Below, one piece after another: positions 32,628-34,789 of a stretch of DNA of 34,789 bases. The DNA lies in the IMG/VR virus record IMGVR_UViG_3300050505_000049, positions 1-34,789 of that record; one strand, 5' to 3'. The stretch comes from a virus. The position numbers and the translations under genes were made by a program. The notes under the pieces are model-generated. The model saw only the letters and a program-made list of their open reading frames with translations. It was not told the origin of the DNA and did not search any database. Each line of letters starts with the position of its first letter. Position 1 is the first letter of the stretch.

Positions 32628-33527
32628 ATGTCTAAGAGCAAACGTACTCGGCACACCGCGTCTTTTTTACTCTCCCATTACCTTAATTCCAAAGAATCTT
32701 TCGAGCTTACATGGCTCACAGGCAGCCTAGTCTCAATCCTTCGTTACATGTATGACGTTATGGAAATGACCCATACCCAAACCAACCTCTGTGTTTGCAA
32801 TAAATCTATCAATCAAATCGCTGATTATGCCCGTACTGGACGGGAGACTGTTAAGCGCGCATTGCCGCTATTCGTCAAGAATCAGTTACTTTCTGTCGAG
32901 AAGAAAAAGCCTAGGGCACCCACCCATTACGGCATTGGAAATCTAATTTCAACTAGGCTCACTATGAGCCTAGAGTTATCCACAGACGATTCCACTAGGC
33001 TCACTACGAGCCTAGAACTAGGCTCACTACGAGCCCAGGAAACGCCAAACTGGGCTCATGGTGAGCCACATGTAATAAAGTCTTGTAAGAAAGATAGTAA
33101 GAAAAAGCGAGAGAGCGCTGTTCGCGCTCCGCTCTCGGAGGATTTTGCACCCGATAAAAGAACACGAGAATTTATTAAGAGCCTAGCGTTTGAGCCTGGT
33201 ATGGCAGATAAAATCGGCGATCACTTCTTTGAACACTTCCTTGACTCTGGTGAGCCTAGGAAAGATTGGCAGTTTGAATGTCGAAAATGGTTTAGACGTG
33301 AGAGAAAGATAATTGATGAGAAACCCGCTAGGCTCACTAAGACCCCAGCACCTCAACCTCAACCCACTCGTGACACGAGGTCACCCAGTGAGCTTGAGCC
33401 TAAAAAATATACTGACCCAGCCCAGGCTAAGGAATTTATGAAAGGGATTTTAAGCAAGCTTAATGGCAAAGGAGGCCATGCGCATGGAATTCTGGATAGC
33501 AACGGAGGAGATGAAAAAACGCATTAA
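32628..33527 (+). CDS. Replication initiator (lambda O-like arrangement, winged-helix N-terminal domain)
   Basis: ATG at 32628 follows AAGGAAAA. The HTH-like segment is INQIADYARTGRETVKRALPLFVKNQLL. Palindromic iterons lie inside the coding sequence. Confidence 0.65.
   Translation: MSKSKRTRHTASFLLSHYLNSKESFELTWLTGSLVSILRYMYDVMEMTHTQTNLCVCNKSINQIADYARTGRETVKRALPLFVKNQLLSVEKKKPRAPTHYGIGNLISTRLTMSLELSTDDSTRLTTSLELGSLRAQETPNWAHGEPHVIKSCKKDSKKKRESAVRAPLSEDFAPDKRTREFIKSLAFEPGMADKIGDHFFEHFLDSGEPRKDWQFECRKWFRRERKIIDEKPARLTKTPAPQPQPTRDTRSPSELEPKKYTDPAQAKEFMKGILSKLNGKGGHAHGILDSNGGDEKTH
32953..33038. repeat. Three 21-bp palindromic iterons (candidate origin of replication)
   Basis: The copies are CTAGGCTC-ACTAT-GAGCCTAG (32953-32973), CTAGGCTC-ACTAC-GAGCCTAG (32995-33015) and CTAGGCTC-ACTAC-GAGCCCAG (33018-33038). 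A degenerate fourth, TGGGCTCATGGTGAGCCA, lies at 33051-33068. Confidence 0.75.
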
Positions 33528-33741
33528 CGAGGATAAGCGGCGTTTACTCGCTTATAGCGACCTTGAGGCTAGTTCGCTCTCGGTACCCGATCAATACCAA
33601 CGGATGAGGTATAAACGGGAAATCGAAAGTATGGAATGGCTGGAAGCAGAGCGGCGCAAGATGCCCCGACCTGAGCCTAGCAATAAACCCATTAGCAACA
33701 AGTATCGCAAGAAAAGCAGTTTTAACTCATGGGAGAATTGA
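33484..33741 (+). CDS. Hypothetical protein
   Basis: ATG at 33484 lies 8 nt after AAGGAGG and overlaps the initiator gene end by 44 nt. Confidence 0.55.
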   Translation: MEFWIATEEMKKRINEDKRRLLAYSDLEASSLSVPDQYQRMRYKREIESMEWLEAERRKMPRPEPSNKPISNKYRKKSSFNSWEN

Positions 33742-33742
33742 A

Positions 33743-33937
33743 ATGGCTTGGAAGCCGAGATTCAGGGAAAAGGAATTTTGTGATCGTTCAAAAAAGTATC
33801 GAACAAAGTATTTTGATTGCTTAAAGCAGCTTTTCACGGATATGGAAAGCGACAAGACCAGGGAGGTCAAGCATGAGAACTCGCAAGAGGAGGGCACCAT
33901 TCAAGCTAAAGGTGCAGTGCCCAAAGGAAGATTATGA
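33743..33937 (+). CDS. Hypothetical small protein
   Basis: 64-aa ORF with GGGAGA upstream. Confidence 0.5.
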   Translation: MAWKPRFREKEFCDRSKKYRTKYFDCLKQLFTDMESDKTREVKHENSQEEGTIQAKGAVPKGRL

Positions 33938-34346
33938 GCAAATTTGTCTCATAACTTGGATAAAAAAGCGCTATCCACACCTAAAACTTAATGGCTCCGC
34001 TAATGGTGGCTCTAGGCATATCGCTGAGGCTGCCAAATTTAAGCGTATGGGCGTTTCTAAGGGTTACCCCGATCTTACGATACCCATAGCTCGAAAAGGC
34101 TACCACGGGCTTTATATTGAGCTTAAGAGGATTGAGGGTGGTGTGATGTCACCTGAGCAAAAGGACTGGTTAGCTTTTTTAAACGCTGAGGGTAATTTGG
34201 CAGTGCGCGCAAATGGGTTCCAGGAAGCGGCTAACATTATCGAGGATTATCTAGGCGATTGGAAGCCTAAAATTATTTTCAAGGACAAGTTTGACGATGA
34301 TATTGAGTCGGTGTTGCAAGGAATTAGTGGAAGTGGAGGAGGCTAA
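33873..34346 (+). CDS. VRR-NUC domain nuclease
   Basis: GVSKGYPDLTIPIARKGYHGLYIELKRIEGGVMSPEQKDWLAFLNAEG matches the VRR-NUC core (G-x-PD ... E-x-K ... Q-x-x-W). GGGAGG lies upstream. Confidence 0.85.
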   Translation: MRTRKRRAPFKLKVQCPKEDYEQICLITWIKKRYPHLKLNGSANGGSRHIAEAAKFKRMGVSKGYPDLTIPIARKGYHGLYIELKRIEGGVMSPEQKDWLAFLNAEGNLAVRANGFQEAANIIEDYLGDWKPKIIFKDKFDDDIESVLQGISGSGGG

Positions 34347-34432
34347 CGAGGGTCTAGCTTGGTACGTGTGTTCAATTTGTCTGAGATGTTGTGATACGAT
34401 CTTTATTGTTTTACATGCTATGGAGGGCAACG

Positions 34433-34789
34433 ATGCAAAGCATATCAGCGGAAGCCGAAGAACGGTTAATGATGATGCTAGACCAGGACGAGGGAGTCGT
34501 AGCGAACCTCTACAAAGACCAAAAGGGTAACTGGACAATAGGACGAGGTTTTAATTTATCTGCAAATCCTTTGCCTATGCCAATCATAAACGCCTTGACT
34601 GAATGGGTTTTGAACAGCCTAGAACGTCAATTACTCGCCCACCAACCGCTTTACAATCACCTCAATGACACCAGAAAGACGGTAGTTTTAAACATTGGCT
34701 ACAATACGGGTTATGATGGGCTTATGGCCTTTCACCGTATGTGGGAAGCCATACACATCAACGATTTTGCAACCGCTGGCAAAGAGATT
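34433..34789 (+). CDS. Endolysin, T4-lysozyme-like (GH24), N-terminal 119 codons; continues at base 1
   Basis: GGAGGG lies 5 nt upstream of the ATG at 34433. LDQDEGVVANLYKDQKGNWTIGRGFNL parallels T4 lysozyme [23 protein letters not shown] (catalytic E, D, T). There is no stop before the window end, so the ORF track does not list it. Confidence 0.9.
   Translation, partial: MQSISAEAEERLMMMLDQDEGVVANLYKDQKGNWTIGRGFNLSANPLPMPIINALTEWVLNSLERQLLAHQPLYNHLNDTRKTVVLNIGYNTGYDGLMAFHRMWEAIHINDFATAGKEI
34766..34789. repeat. 24-nt terminal duplication of bases 1-24 (circular-assembly overlap or terminal redundancy)
   Basis: TTTGCAACCGCTGGCAAAGAGATT occurs at both ends of the window. Confidence 0.95.

Noticed and set aside
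1-34789. Search for a diversity-generating retroelement, retron, integrase/att site or toxin-antitoxin pair
   Set aside because: No reverse-transcriptase-sized ORF or YxDD motif was found, and no tyrosine or serine recombinase signature. There is no template/variable repeat pair flanking the fibre C-terminus. The tRNA genes are complete rather than 3' fragments typical of attP.

Overview
This window appears to be one complete, circularly assembled genome of a small tailed phage. Bases 1-24 are identical to 34766-34789, so the unique length is 34,765 bp. A T4-lysozyme-type endolysin gene starts at 34433, runs off the right edge and finishes at base 93.

Gene layout, going round the circle:
- 34433 to 893, + strand: lysis region with the endolysin, a membrane protein and two small ORFs.
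- 943-1720, - strand: a 3-gene cassette including a DUF1640-like protein, driven by a near-consensus sigma70 promoter.
- 1950-25572, + strand: a long late operon. It holds a DUF5681-like possible small terminase, DUF3310, portal, scaffold, major capsid and a fibre-like protein. It continues with tail tubular A and B-like proteins, four large internal virion proteins and a tail fibre with a T7 gp17-like N-terminus. It ends with the large terminase and a second tail fibre built from ARTNLGLG repeats.
- 29276 down to 25569, - strand: an early leftward operon. It encodes an acidic protein, a YqaJ/lambda-Exo-like exonuclease, a Bet/RecT-type annealing protein, an SSB-like protein, one small ORF, two tRNA-type genes and two tiny ORFs.
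- 29428-31955, + strand: an early rightward operon. It starts with a Cro-like HTH regulator, followed by unknowns and a run of mini membrane peptides.
- 32050-32301, - strand: a lone gene.
- 32628-34346, + strand: a replication module with an initiator carrying palindromic iterons inside its own gene, plus a VRR-NUC nuclease.

I found no phage RNA polymerase, DNA polymerase, integrase or CI-type repressor.

Most unusual items:
- A 112-nt tRNA-like gene has canonical acceptor, D and T arms but an oversized, pseudoknot-capable central region and no assignable anticodon.
- Two early promoters share long identical blocks.
- The capsid-adjacent protein and the tail fibre share a fibre module.
- The tail-fibre repeats are conserved as protein but scrambled at synonymous sites.
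- Several 28-42 aa membrane peptide genes are chained by ATGA overlaps.

All functional calls come from motif recall and synteny. No database search was run.
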